Of a stretch of 64,000 nt of DNA, positions 34,046 through 46,926 are shown in pieces. A program made the position numbers and the translations under genes. Numbering within the stretch: the stretch's first letter is position 1; each line of letters starts with the position of its first letter. The notes under the pieces are model-generated. The model ran no database searches and had not been told where the DNA came from. It saw nothing but the letters and a program-made list of their open reading frames with translations. The DNA is from Tubulanus polymorphus. Lineage: Eukaryota; Animalia; Nemertea. Where the stretch lies: NCBI RefSeq assembly GCF_964204645.1, contig NC_134027.1, positions 21,662,560 to 21,726,559 of the forward strand. Direction: 5' to 3'.

Positions 34046-36502
34046 TAGTTCCTTTTCATTTCTGCAAAACGAAATTTAACGAATCATTGGATTGTTCTTT
34101 CGGGTTTTAATTGGTACGACACATATCGACAATTTTAATCTGATGTATTTGATAAATGATAAATGATTTTTATTTATATTTAATGAATTAAATAAATATC
34201 ATATTTAATAAATTCGATATAATATTTGATAAATGATGAATTTGAATTCATCATTTATTGTATATAGGCCTACAAGAAAATTATTAAAATTAAGATAAAA
34301 TTATTATTAAAATTAAGAAAATTATGGATGGATTTTGAGATACAGCATGAATATTGTACGGCAAAACTAATGGACTTATCCGCTCTCTACGGTAATAGTT
34401 CCAATGAGCTGCTTCTGCGGTTCGAGGTTAGATATAATTCATTTTCAGTTCGAGGCAGAGTTATCATCGTGTATAACGGTATTGTGGAACCGGATCTCGG
34501 TCCTCGATGAAATAAATCAGATGGTATTTTGAATATAGTAAGCCCCATGTTCGTTCGTACGATATTATAATGCGGTAAACTTGGAAGCTTCTTTTTAAAA
34601 TGAAATTTATTCACAATTTTGAAATGATACAGTTGTTGAATTTATGGTAAAAATCTAATACGCGGTAATGGTATTTATGTGAGTTGTATATGTGTGTATA
34701 GTAGTTATTCAAGAGGTGATGGTGTTTACCATACATTCCATATTTATTACACATCACACACGCCTGTGTGCGCGAATCAGACAGCACCAGACATCATTCA
34801 GTACTAAACGTATATATTTCATTGCTTCCTTCATTTGTTCGTTGGTTTCTTTTAGTGAGGAGACGTGCTGGCGATATATTGGAGCGTTTTCTAGTTTTAG
34901 TTTCGCACTAGATAGACTCAGGTACGCGGCGCGCGGGGACAAATTTCAGGCCAGTAAAGTTTCTGTGATCGAATGTGCATGGGTATTGATTAGGCCTATC
35001 TGATATCTGAACCACTATTCAGTTTTATTGGAACGGAATAGGGCCAACGTAATTTTTACCCTATAGAGTTTACTAATATTTATCTTGAGTTGAACCTCGG
35101 GTTTAAGTTTAAACTTGTCTATAAAATAGATCATAGGGTTATGGTTGGTAATACGTGTCCAAGCTGAGAGAATTTTAAGCTGAGGACAAAAATATCACGA
35201 TTGGAAATAGGAAGAAAGGAACGTCAAAATACTTTTAGGCATCAAAATTGAACATGATGATATTTTGGCCTGTTTTTGGCCGCAAATTTTACAGATCATT
35301 CTAAATATGCTTCTAAAGAAGTTTAACGTGACATCCCTGTCGGTATGTGATCTGTTTTGCCTCCGATACACTAGATAATTTTTGATGAATTTCGGGCATC
35401 ACAGTTGAGAAATCTGAGCTTTCACTCTCATCTCAGGTTTGGTATTGACAACTACATATTAAAGCCATTAACGGCTCAAATGGAAACTTAATCAACTTGT
35501 TCTTTCCTGTAGGCCCTATACTCCCTATTTTATTTTATTATTGTTTTACCTGATGAGGGTCTCTACAGAAAGTCGAAAATGTCGTGTAATTTGTTTTTAG
35601 TTCCTGAGTGAAAAATCTCATCTTAAATCCTTGAAATTTGTATAGCAGGTTTTGAATTTATACTTTGAACCATTTTGTGTATCATCAATTAAAGCGTTGA
35701 AAATCAGAATATAGTTGAGAAATAATTATGAATTATCTGTCCATATGTATTCCTTGATATTGTTATAAAATCAATATTTAGTTTTTATCTTAAGTTCTAT
35801 ACTTTAGTTTGATGGCAGATTTTTATCTTTTTTCCCCAAGGGGGGTGGGGTGGGGTGATATTTAGTGGGGGATTATTACCTACTCTTAGACTAGTATACC
35901 AATGGTGATTTATAAGCCCTGTGAGGGCCTGGGTGGTGTTTAACTGTACTGTTTGTTTGTGTAGAATGATAATTATAACCATATGTCACAATTATGAATT
36001 AATATACATGCATAAAACTAATTAGTGTTTGTGGTATTGGCAGGTTGTCTTATATCCACTTTTCTTTTGAATTGCGTTTTTGTTTTGTATTCGTTCAGAG
36101 TCTGAATCCAAATTTGCAATCGAAAGAAAACTTTCAGGTCTCGCTGACACTCAATTATGCCTAATATCTTAATCAAACATTTGCTCAAATCATGTTTACG
36201 TGAATTATTAACTTCCCCCCAGCCGGCAGTAAACAGGCATTGCTAAATGCCACGATGAATGAATAAAAACAATTTGTGTAGAATCGTAAAAGTTAAGCCG
36301 GTGTGCGCTCAAAATCTTCATAGGTTCAACTGATTACGGCAGTATTCGAGCTTGTAGAATCTTCGTTAATTTATGTCGAATTCTATCGTTTACTTCAGAT
36401 CTGTAACGAGAAGAACCGCACGAATTCGATAAAAAAAAGAACCTCACTATTTTCAACCATTCTCAACAGTAGAGCCCGCACACACGCGCACGCACACACA
36501 AG

Positions 36503-38299
36503 ATGGCAGACGACCCAGCGCATAAAGCTATGTTGTATTTTCTGGAGGTTTTGATGAACAACAGCGGGCCTCTATCGATCAGCCAGTTAGCCGGTCGATT
36601 CGGAGGTCGCGCGTTCAGCGCCGACATGCGTACGGCGTCGGGCGGCAACGAAGTCGGACTTCGTAAATTTCTGCTCCGATATCCGTCGCTTTTCACCGTC
36701 AATGGCAATCTCGTTTCGTTGAATGAAAGCGGCACGGCGCCCCCGACGTCGACTCCTCCAGCGTCAACTACGAATCAAACGACCGTTTCGCGCCATTCGA
36801 CTGATTTATCCATCGAAACCGAGGCCGTGTTGTTCTTCCAGGGAAAACTCGCGAAGAAGGAAGAAAAGTGGGTGCAAATAAAAAGTCTCGCCGGGCACCT
36901 TTCGCAGGCTAACGCCGATATCCGCCAGTGCGTCGGGCCGCAGAACGAGTTCAAAAAGTTTCTACTTCGCCACCTGCACGTTTTCGAAGTGCAGGGAGAA
37001 TTGGTGAGTTTACGCGACAGTTTTTCGAGCGCGTCGCGAAAATTCGACAAAACGGCGGCCGCCGGCGCGCCGAAGTCGCCGGCGGCGCGTCCGCGGAATC
37101 TGAAGTTCGTGACGCGGTCGCACAGTTCTCCGTTGAATCCGATCAAAACGCCGACCGGTACGCCGGCCATACCAGTCATCGCGCAAACCCCAACGCCGAC
37201 CACCGGCAAACCGGCGCCGATGACGATGACGGCGAACGAATACAAGGCCGTCATGTTTCTGAAGAACATCGTCGAAACGCGCGGCGCTATCAAGCTACAC
37301 AATTTGACCGGGCATTTTAGCCAGGCGCCGGATGGCGTGCGAAACACAATCGGCTGGACGAAAATGGAACTGGAAGAGTTCGTCTTGAAAAACCAGAACA
37401 TATTCAGCATCGACGAAGACGAATTGGTCACCGTGAAAAAGGCGCCGAAGATGCACGTGATCATCACCGGCAGTCGGCCGCAACGGCAGTCAGTTCAAAC
37501 ATTGACCGCGCGCAAGGGTAAAGTGTTCCACGTCGCGAAACTCTGGGGTATCATCGACCTCGGCAAACACGAGCACGTCTTCTTCGACAAGTCGATCTAC
37601 CCGAAAGAGATCGACGACTTCCAGAAGGAATTCGCTGTCGGCGAGATATTGAACTTCAACGCGGTGCTCGCGCCGAAAGAGAGCCGCGCGAAGTGGCGCG
37701 CGACGCAGGTATGGCGCGACGGCGAGACGGCGGCGTCGATGATCGACTTTACGGCGGCGCACGGTCTGGACGGAATAACGAGCCCGACGACGAGCATCGA
37801 GGAGGAGCTGCGACAACTTCTGCCGAACGACTACGACAAATTCGACGCCGAATTCCTGCAGCAGCTGAAGGATGACCCGTTCACCGACGCGGCGCCGAGC
37901 GGCACCGGATCGGTGCCCGTCTGGAACCGGAAGCTCGGCGCCGGGAAATACGGCCAGACGCCGACGACGCCGACGATCACGATGGTGCCCGAGAATTACT
38001 TCATGTACGCCTCGTCGATGGAGGATGTTCACAACATTCTCTCCGATTACGTCGCGTTGCCCGACCCGAGCGACGCCGGCGTCAGTCCGACGAAAGGTCG
38101 TCCGACTTTTATGCTCAACGAGAACGGTAACGCGTCGGACGAAGACGCCGAGGACGACGGTAACGTATGCAACGGTGACAGCGCTAGTAGAAAAATGATC
38201 AGCGTAGCTTGTCAAACGATGTCGACTGGAGAGATCTTAGCTACTCAGTTTTATCACGAAGGTTTGTTGAAGGAAACGGCCGGTATGTCGGTAGTTTAA
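36503..38299 (+). CDS. Egalitarian-related protein: 3 Egl-type winged-helix (LOTUS-like) repeats, OB/cold-shock-like segment, C-terminal LC8-binding-type motif; no exonuclease domain
   Basis: 598-aa ORF in good context (aagATGG) downstream of acceptor tttacttcag (~36398). MLYFLE..L..RFG..F..MR..GG...GLRKFL.RYPSLF.V.G resembles the Egalitarian N-terminus as recalled, and KSLAGHLSQA its second repeat. GKVFHVAKLWGIIDLG..VFF is OB-like; terminal VACQTMSTGEI. Confidence 0.85.
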   Translation: MADDPAHKAMLYFLEVLMNNSGPLSISQLAGRFGGRAFSADMRTASGGNEVGLRKFLLRYPSLFTVNGNLVSLNESGTAPPTSTPPASTTNQTTVSRHSTDLSIETEAVLFFQGKLAKKEEKWVQIKSLAGHLSQANADIRQCVGPQNEFKKFLLRHLHVFEVQGELVSLRDSFSSASRKFDKTAAAGAPKSPAARPRNLKFVTRSHSSPLNPIKTPTGTPAIPVIAQTPTPTTGKPAPMTMTANEYKAVMFLKNIVETRGAIKLHNLTGHFSQAPDGVRNTIGWTKMELEEFVLKNQNIFSIDEDELVTVKKAPKMHVIITGSRPQRQSVQTLTARKGKVFHVAKLWGIIDLGKHEHVFFDKSIYPKEIDDFQKEFAVGEILNFNAVLAPKESRAKWRATQVWRDGETAASMIDFTAAHGLDGITSPTTSIEEELRQLLPNDYDKFDAEFLQQLKDDPFTDAAPSGTGSVPVWNRKLGAGKYGQTPTTPTITMVPENYFMYASSMEDVHNILSDYVALPDPSDAGVSPTKGRPTFMLNENGNASDEDAEDDGNVCNGDSASRKMISVACQTMSTGEILATQFYHEGLLKETAGMSVV

Positions 38300-39396
38300 A
38301 TCAGTCTAGCAAATTCGGTAAACCTTGTTCAACTGAAAGAATATTGAATTTTTGTCTAAAATGGCTTAGACTTTAATGATACCAATAATATCATACTATC
38401 AAAAAATGAATAAGCACATCCGAACTATATTCCCTGTGCTATGTAAATGTCAATTATTATGATTATTTAAGTCATGTCTAAAGTCATTTTATTTCTATAG
38501 CCTATTTGATGTCATCATTTTGAATCCTTAGACAAGAACCATTTTTGTACGTAAGTGACAATCAAGGTTTGGAATCGGTTATTCGTCTCTGGTTCCGCAA
38601 GGTTTACCGTGGCAAGCTTTTTTTTAGGAAAGATAAGGTGGATACATATTAGATTATATTCGTTATATGATTAACTTCAGAAAAGTGGTTACGGATGAAA
38701 CATTAACGTACTAGGCTTTTTACCAATGTGAAATACGAAAAAAGTGTTAACTGCTCCGCGCATGAGAATAGGGCAGATAGAAAAGATTCCATTCACATCT
38801 GGATCGGTTTATTAGAAATTTCTCTCGCTCAACGCCGTTTGAAATACTGCGTTGTTCATTGCCTGCCGAAAAATGAAAGAATCTCAAAAATTACTTCGGC
38901 AAAAATTGTAGAAAAGTCTATCCCAAAAAGTGATAAAACCGATTCATAAAGCTGATAATCGAGGAGCTAAGATCATTTTCAGACGCGTTACAAGGTCTAA
39001 AACATACATACATACATACATAAACTACTGCTGCTTTTTTAGATACGTACTTCGTGAGTACTGAAAATAGTTTTCCTCGCCTGCCAGGGTACGTCTGTTC
39101 TGGTATGCGGGAGATTTTTTCGCGTATGCCACGCGGCGTGTGAAGTGATAATGAAGCATCTTGGAAATTTCGTCATTACGTAACGCTTTATTTTTTTCAT
39201 GTATAGAAATACGTCTTTCGAAGTAAAGAATAATTTCAACTGATTGAACGATCTTGCCCGAGTGGATAACTTCGTCGGGGTAAGGTTATTCAATTCCCAT
39301 TCTTCTTCTCAAGAGAATGAGAGAGTTGGGTTTTTCGAAGTCAATTTTATTTTCATGCGTATAATAGGCAGTCGACGAAAGAACAGGAATTGTCTG

Positions 39397-39569
39397 TTCC
39401 ATTTACAGGTCCCCGTCGGCGGGCCCAGGGTAGTCGGTCCTCTCATAGGGTGGAGACTAGTCGATCGGACATTCATTCAGTCAGTCCGGCTGACTGGTCA
39501 GTCAAGTCCCCTAAAGTCGGTCCGGACTAGTCTGGTCGCTCCTCGGGTTTAGGTCTGTTGCAATGGAAA
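39397..39569. mobile_element. Small palindromic MITE-like element
   Basis: ttccatttacagg / ctgttgcaatggaa ends; internal agactagtc..cggac / gtccggactagtct symmetry. Confidence 0.45.
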
Positions 39570-40922
39570 GCCTAACTAATGTTTAGCATCGGTTTCACCC
39601 ATATATTCCCGATTCGATCTGACTATTTAATAATTTATTTATGGTAATGAACAATCTTTCGATTGATAATCAGAAGATCACTCTCGCGCTCGGAAAAATC
39701 GATATTCAAAATTTCATTCTCATTTCACGACTAAGTTAACCGGTAATATAATGTATATACGGAAAAACTAGGATATAATTTTTACGATGACGAATTAACT
39801 TATTATCAATAGCCTACTAATTAACCGAAAATTATTGTTTATCCAACTAAATTCTCCCTATTCCGTAGATTTTATCGTTACTACTAATATTCATTAGTTA
39901 GCTTAACCTATATTTGAAAATATATTATTACTAACAAGGATTATTATTCAGTTAATACATCACTGCCTATACAGCTTTTGAGTGATATAAGTTATATAAA
40001 GGTATACGCGTGGATTATGTTTGTTTATTTTTCGCGGCGGACTGGCTGCTGTTGAACTTGATGCTACGCATTTAGTCTGGCGAAATACTTGGGACGGAAT
40101 AACGCATGCTATTCCTCCGCTGCCAGGGGCTGTTTCTACGTATGCGCAGCGAAATATGGTTCGTCCGAACCGGGTCGGTCGAGTTCCGGTTCGCCTGACC
40201 AGTTTCCGCCATACGAGAGAAGCGCCCCCGTGTGTTAGATTTGGGTTGTACAAGGTCGCTTCTCATGACTGCATGAGAAGCAATGTATCTCCGTGAAACC
40301 AGGGATTGGATTCATTCTAGAAAAAACCTATTCGTCTTTTTTATATATATATCAATTAGAGGATCGTTGGCTTCGATACCAAATATGTTTTGATTCATGA
40401 AAATTTAACGAATTCAAACACTGGAATTGTGAAGTTACGAAGCTTACATTCAATGGGGACCCCGCGAGCTGTACTAGTTATCCCGCTAGATGGCGTGCTT
40501 ATCGATAGGATAATTCGATACACATTTGGTGCATTGTCAATGAACTTTCGGCTAGATTTTTAGCCTCCCGCATAAATCATTAGGCAAATCACGTCTCTTG
40601 ATGAATTCAGATTGATGTGAAGGGTTCATGTTTAGTGCAATTCTCGAAGAATTAGAAAAATTATCAATCGTTTTTAATTGAACCTGGAAAGATATCTGGC
40701 ATAATTGTCCCAAAGTCTGAACTTGGTGGATCTTCACTTGCCATGAGCGGAATCCTTGATTGCCACACAGTCGAATGTAGGGTCCTCATTGTAAGGTTTG
40801 TAGCTATAAGGTTAGTTTTAATTCCAACCTGGTGGAGATTTTTTCAAAACGCTTCGAATCTCGATTAGCCGAGATTTGGCTGTTTAATTTTATCGGTTCA
40901 AATACTCTCTACAGCAATTCGA

Positions 40923-41031
<109 letters not shown>

Positions 41032-44000
41032 TATGTCGCATGCTATAGAAATACATCTGCCGTACTCGTGGAGTTGTCTGTGAAGATAGAATATAAGTCA
41101 TCGCAAATACATCTGAAATTCACCCAATTGAACAGTTTTTCCGAGTCGACAAATTTCCTCGAGTAAGGCTGAGTCGTCTGTGATTCCAAATTCAATCTTT
41201 GTTTTTCCTCAGCCTGCGAGGTTCAGTTATCGAGTAAATTTAGGTACTAGATTTCAATGTTATTTTCTGTTTATGGTAGGCTTTTTAGCTGTTTTAGCAG
41301 ATCGAATAAGGCATTATTCGTTCAAGCAAATCATGATCATAATGAATGAACTATTTTTTTTCCCATCTGTGAATGATATATAATTTTCTGATGACTCATT
41401 CATATCCATATGTTTCATTTTGGTTTCGAATCCATAATTGCCTCTACACTGTATAGCCTGCCTGTATAAGTTAAACTCACATGTGCATATTGTATGATTC
41501 TCTTGCTGTAGAGAAATATTAGGGGTTCGGAGATCTGTTAGCGTCTCGTGAAACCTTGAGGGCTGTCTGACCCCCTCAATCAGGTCTGCCCAATTAGGGT
41601 TCAGGCTCGGTTGTAGTAGCCTGACCCCCTGGAGGGTTGTTTGACCATCTCCTGGGGTGAGTGCAGACTGACCAATTGAAGGGCTTTTGATACCAGGGCA
41701 GGATATTAGATCATCCACTCTGGGTATTTTCCCAGGTGCGGATCTAAGATCGGCCGTTTTAAGGTCTTTTTGTTTTGATTCTAGCAGCTCGACCTTCGAG
41801 AGGCCGGTTGATCTTCTTCAACCCTAGGAGATACGACCCTTAATTCCTGTCAGTATTAGACCCCTCAAGGGCTGATTGTCACGAGCCTAGCAGATCCAGC
41901 CCTGGGGTGTTTCACCCACAGTCAAATGACAATCATTGTGCAAAAGTTCGGCAGGATTTATCCACATCAATCCTAAAGGCTGGCGTAGATCGGCTTCGTG
42001 ACCGCCAACGACTCATATCGTGACCTACGCACCCTTGGGACTGCCAGCGATCATGCCAGGCTGTCATTGCTATCGTGTCTCTCCCAGTTGAAACTGACAT
42101 AGGCAGCTTTAGTGACTGACAGACTTGTGGCACGCCATCGCGGACGATGGCATGGCAGTCGACCTCTAGAACCCATTTGCGACCAGTTGCGATCATGTCA
42201 CATCACGAAAGCAGTCTCAAGTGATGTACGCCTAGTTTACATTAAATGAGAATTCAGGGGTGAATTAATGTGGCATGAACTGCTGTGCTGCGTATAATTT
42301 GCTGATACAAAAATGCTGGCTATAAAGCAGGATTCAGGTCGGTGCCCTTCGACACGACCGGACCAGGAGCGACTGAGGTTCACATTGCCAGTCTCGCGAA
42401 GTCCCGTTGCTTCTGGCTCGGCCGCCGTCAGTAGGGCTGCCCTGAGATTAAGATCGGTGGTTTTTTAACTAAAAACACGTGGAGTTTTCGTTCGACTCGA
42501 AAGAGTTCTCCCTGATATAAACACAGTACCGGTATCCGTACTCGCTTATATCGCTAAAAGAAAAACAACTCTCAGGAATGTTCTTCAAATCAAAATTCAC
42601 AGTACCGTCAACATCTGATAGACTGTAGAGCTCGTTTAATTCGGATTTTTCAAAGCGGATTTTCACAAAAATCGGATGAAATATTTGGTCCATTTAACCC
42701 GGAACCATGTAAACTATAATTCATAATTCGGATGTTAATCAATTCGTAGAAATCTGGATAGTCGCCAGCCATCCAAATTAGATTTTCAAATGTCTTTTCG
42801 ACTAGAGGACTTTGATTGAAAATTGCCGGTTGCGGTATATATGGATGAAATGTTCGGGGTAGTTTTTGTTCTAGCGTGAAATTTTATGCATACTGTGTTT
42901 GTCTGTGAGGATGACAAATGTACATCTATTGTGATAGTTGAATGAATTTCAGCGTTTCGTAGGTGGATTGAGTCACGAACGCTCCCGCGTTTTCTATGTG
43001 CATGTCCGTGTTAACTGTTCAGGCTCCTGTTCTGTAGTTGTGAGTTGGTAGAATTTTCAACGAATGATGATCGGAAGATTGGAGGTACGTCTAACTGACA
43101 ATTGTGGAACTGGGTCCAGTGCTTTTATATGTGGTTAAATCATGAAAATAACCGATATGATATGAAATATTAGTGTCTTCCACGCGACTGCAATTCTTTG
43201 AACTTATGAATACGATTTTCAACTCACGTTAACCCATTTACGCTCCTAAACAGAACAAATTATCGGTTTTGAGATTGACCCATTTACACCAGAATCGAAG
43301 TGAACAGCAATTTTTTTGATGGTTCAGGAGAATTAAAATATCGCGCAGTGGTTTTCGAGAAGAGTTGCATTTAATACCACACACAACCCGAATCATGTTC
43401 AGTTATCCAGAAACATAAAAACCGTAACTCCCGGAGTCTTGACTCGAAAATGGAACTTAGTCCAGTGGAAGATTCTAATGTTTGTCCATCCGGTTTTATT
43501 CATGATTAAGTAGAAAGAGCTTCCTGTATTGCAGTGAATTAATCGAGCGTTTTTTAAAACGTCGCTTCTATCGCGGTACTAAAACAAAACGCGCGCGCGA
43601 GCGTCGCCGATTTATATAATTCGCATTCATTTCGACTTGAAACGGGTATAGTAGATTCTTTACCGAATTCTAGTCAAACGCCTCCCGTATTATTTCGGAG
43701 ACATCGCGTTTAAATGGTACCGTAACTACCGGGCTTAGTTTAATGCTTACTACAAATAGAGGGCACGTCGAGAACAACCATGGCTGATTTTTGTTTTGTA
43801 CGAGATGTCTCCGTCTAGTCACACGATGGGAGACGTTGAAATACTCAAAATCGTGACGGAAAAAACGACGGAAATTATTTGTAAAAAAAAACCCTGTTTC
43901 CCGGTTGATTGGAATACAATTATTCGTTATTCAAGGTTTGGTAGATTATCTTGATGGCATGATCCCAAATCAGTTGTACTTGCGTTTGCACTTGCAATCA

Positions 44001-45986
44001 AGATAGATATTGTATTTACTGACTACCCAGAATTGAAAACCCAGCACATCCTTAATACTCAGCAATTAAGCGATATCTCAACCTATAATTACTTTGCTAG
44101 GAAAACAAGTGTCAAAAGGAATTGGTAACTTGCGTTTGAAAATTGAACCCCAGATTTTGCAAAAATTGAACATTGGAATATTTTAATGCGATGCCAATAA
44201 AACGTTATATATTACATGTACTCATAATATCTGGAACTGAGTTTGAAAAAATCTGCAACTGTGGAAATTCTAGTTAGCTATATTCCTTTCATGTCATACG
44301 TATTTCTGTGAGTTCTGGCAGTATGGTATATCCATTTTCAAGTGTTAATATTCGAGTTTTGCTGTCAAGTACTTACCAGGTAGTTTCTACTGATGACGAA
44401 TAACTGATACAGTGAACTACGCATAAGTCTGAGGATTTGGGACTGGATGATTTACTCCGACTGTGAGAAGGTCGAATTTTCAAGCTCTCGAATGTAAAAT
44501 GAGGCTTAAAGAAGGAACAGCGTTCAGTCTTTATACCATGTATCGACTCGTCATTTAAGCAATTTCTTGTTAGCACGATGTAGCCTGCATTTCTCGATGG
44601 ATTTCCATGAAATTTGGTTTGAGAGTTCAGACAGTTTTATCTATTCCAGACATGAATCAACAATTCTTAGGAAGTCAATTAACATTCAATCCTTTTCAGT
44701 GCTGAATATTTATACCAAAAAGTGCTGGAGATATTTTGGAAATTTTTGAAAATTCCACCCGTGTGTTGAATAATGGGCATACAGTGTATCATTAGTTACC
44801 GGTACTAATGTTCAACTGTGGTTGACAGGTGCTGCCATCTTTCAATAGGTAAAAACTAATCACGTACATCGCGATGCTGTGTACTAACAAGTCCATCACC
44901 AATTTAGATACAATGCACTGCGGTACAGACACACTGAAAGGGTTGAGCTGTTTTTCACTGTATTCTATAAAGTATGCAAATATTGTTGCGCTTCCCTTTC
45001 ACTGATGGCTTACTCCAGATAGACCTACATTGTGTGGTCACATTCTAAGTGCATCCTCAATCGTTCAAACCATCGAAATACTATGCATAGGTGGGTTTCC
45101 GACTTAAAAATCTGATTTTGGGCCCAGACGTTTTATGTTAAAACGGAGAAAGATAAACAACACCCGATATTTTCCGACTTATGCGTGGTTTACTGTATAT
45201 TGTAATGTATATCACTGGGTTCGGGTTCAAACTGAGAAGCAACTGTTAACGATCGTTCGGTCCAGAACGCCTCGACCTAGTCGAATCGTTCTGTCAGACC
45301 ATTTGATCTTGAATTTCATTCGTGTAAATTTTGTATAAAAAAAAAGAAAAAGTAATTTTCTCTTGGGGTAAAAAGAAATATATTCGATGTTACAACAAAT
45401 CATGATTATCGATGTTGATGAAAATCTTGAAATATTCCCAGGTTGTCCGGCTATCATAGTTTAATCCACATATTTATTATTGACAAACGGTTGTTTGGTT
45501 GTAATCTAATATTAGTTATTATACTTCTGCTTTGAAACAGCCAGTAAAATTTAGTGAATCGGATAGTGAAAAAGAAAATTTTAGTAGAATCTGGATTATT
45601 ATTGCTGTTTGAAATTAGGTTGGATGTTTTGAAATTATTGATGAAATTTTTTTGGCGCCTTTTCAATATTTGAAAAAATGTCATTGACATGCAGTGTTTT
45701 TGAGGCGGAAATTCTATGAATGTTAACGATAATTATCTTGCCAACAAAAATTGTGGCCTTTAGGTTTTTATTTTGCTATCACTGCTGACATTTTGGTAAT
45801 TGCAGTTAAACCCGCTTAATTTAGATTGGTTTAATTCGGACTTTATCTAATCAGTACTGTCCATCTATACATCAAATGTATAGATGTATCAAAATATGAT
45901 GTTTAATTCAGATTTCTCATAAACCGGATGAATTTAGATCCGAATGATCCAAATTGAACGGGTTTTACTGTTAGTGGTTTTATTTA

Positions 45987-46388
45987 AGCCTGACTCAAAT
46001 GTCGCATCGGATCCGACCCGATCGTCGCGTCGTAAGGAATCGGCAACCAGTTGCCGATTTTTCAGTCGGGAAATTTTTGCGACATAAGTCTACTTAAGAT
46101 CGTTAAAATCGATTGCAGACCGTCTTTAGCAGATCGGACATGTTCTATTTCTTACAATGATCGGATCTTATGTGACCCGAGTGTACTTACGACAGATCTT
46201 CAGCTTGTAGCCAATTAACGGCGATGTACATATCACACTTAGGCATTCTGTTCAAAATGATCGTGGATTTAAGATGACCTAAGTGTAGCTAAGATCTGAC
46301 AAATGAGTACTCGTGTGATGAACCATGACTGTTCTTAGACTGAATCGCAGACGATCGGATCGGATTTTAGTGCGACCTGAGTTAGGAT
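45987..46388. mobile_element. MITE with imperfect TIRs
   Basis: agcctgactcaaatgtcgca..atccgacccgatcgtc / gacgatcggatcggat..tgcgacctgagttaggat. Confidence 0.6.
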
Positions 46389-46782
46389 TCGAACCGTCGA
46401 TAATCGTGAAATTGGATTCAGCTTGAAATTCGATCCACACATCTGTGTGGAACTGGATTGTGTTTGCTGTGTGAGATGTGCGAGTGGATGAACGGTGCTG
46501 GCACCGGTTTTACATAAAAAACAAATAACTGCTGTATAAAAACTATAGCAATTTCATAAAAACAAAAAGGTTTTTCCATACAGAATTCTGACAGATAATT
46601 GATTATTTTATGGCGATTTGTTCAAAATGGAAAATTTCTATCGGTTGCAATTAATTTGAAACAAATACTTCCAGATATCCAAAACTAGACTCGATTTAGT
46701 AAATAGAGATTTGCAAACTAGAAAACAAATTTTGGATGATATGAGAAAGAAGCTGAATTTAGAGCAATTTTGACTTATAGCC

Positions 46783-46926
46783 CTGGGGTCCGTTGCATAG
46801 TCCTGGCTTAGACTTAATACCAGTCTAAGACCAACTTAGTTCTAAAGCTAATCTAACAACTTAAGACCAGTCTTATGTTTTAAGACCACTTTTGGACTTA
46901 AGTCACAACTGTGCAACTGGCCCCTG
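46783..46926. mobile_element. Short Harbinger-like MITE (second copy 55476-55600)
   Basis: CTG-gggtccgttgcatagtc ... actgtgcaactggccc-CTG; closely similar copy elsewhere in window. Confidence 0.75.

Noticed and set aside
36775-38215. 230-aa and 241-aa antisense ORFs over the Egl-like CDS
   Set aside because: Explained by sense-strand codon bias; no recognisable domain.
42360-42420. HDV/CPEB3-like ribozyme (ggttcacattgcc) or RNase MRP core (gaagtccc)
   Set aside because: Could not build the nested double pseudoknot (no P4 or P2); too short for MRP.
42469-42880. Short minus-strand ORFs as a fourth gene
   Set aside because: No motifs and no consistent exon chain could be built.
44373-44576. 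Possible minus-strand exon ending in TG|GTAAGT, or a plus-strand C/D-box snoRNA (TGATGA..CTGA)
   Set aside because: No recognisable protein or partner exons; C-to-D spacing is short and there is no convincing terminal stem or host gene.
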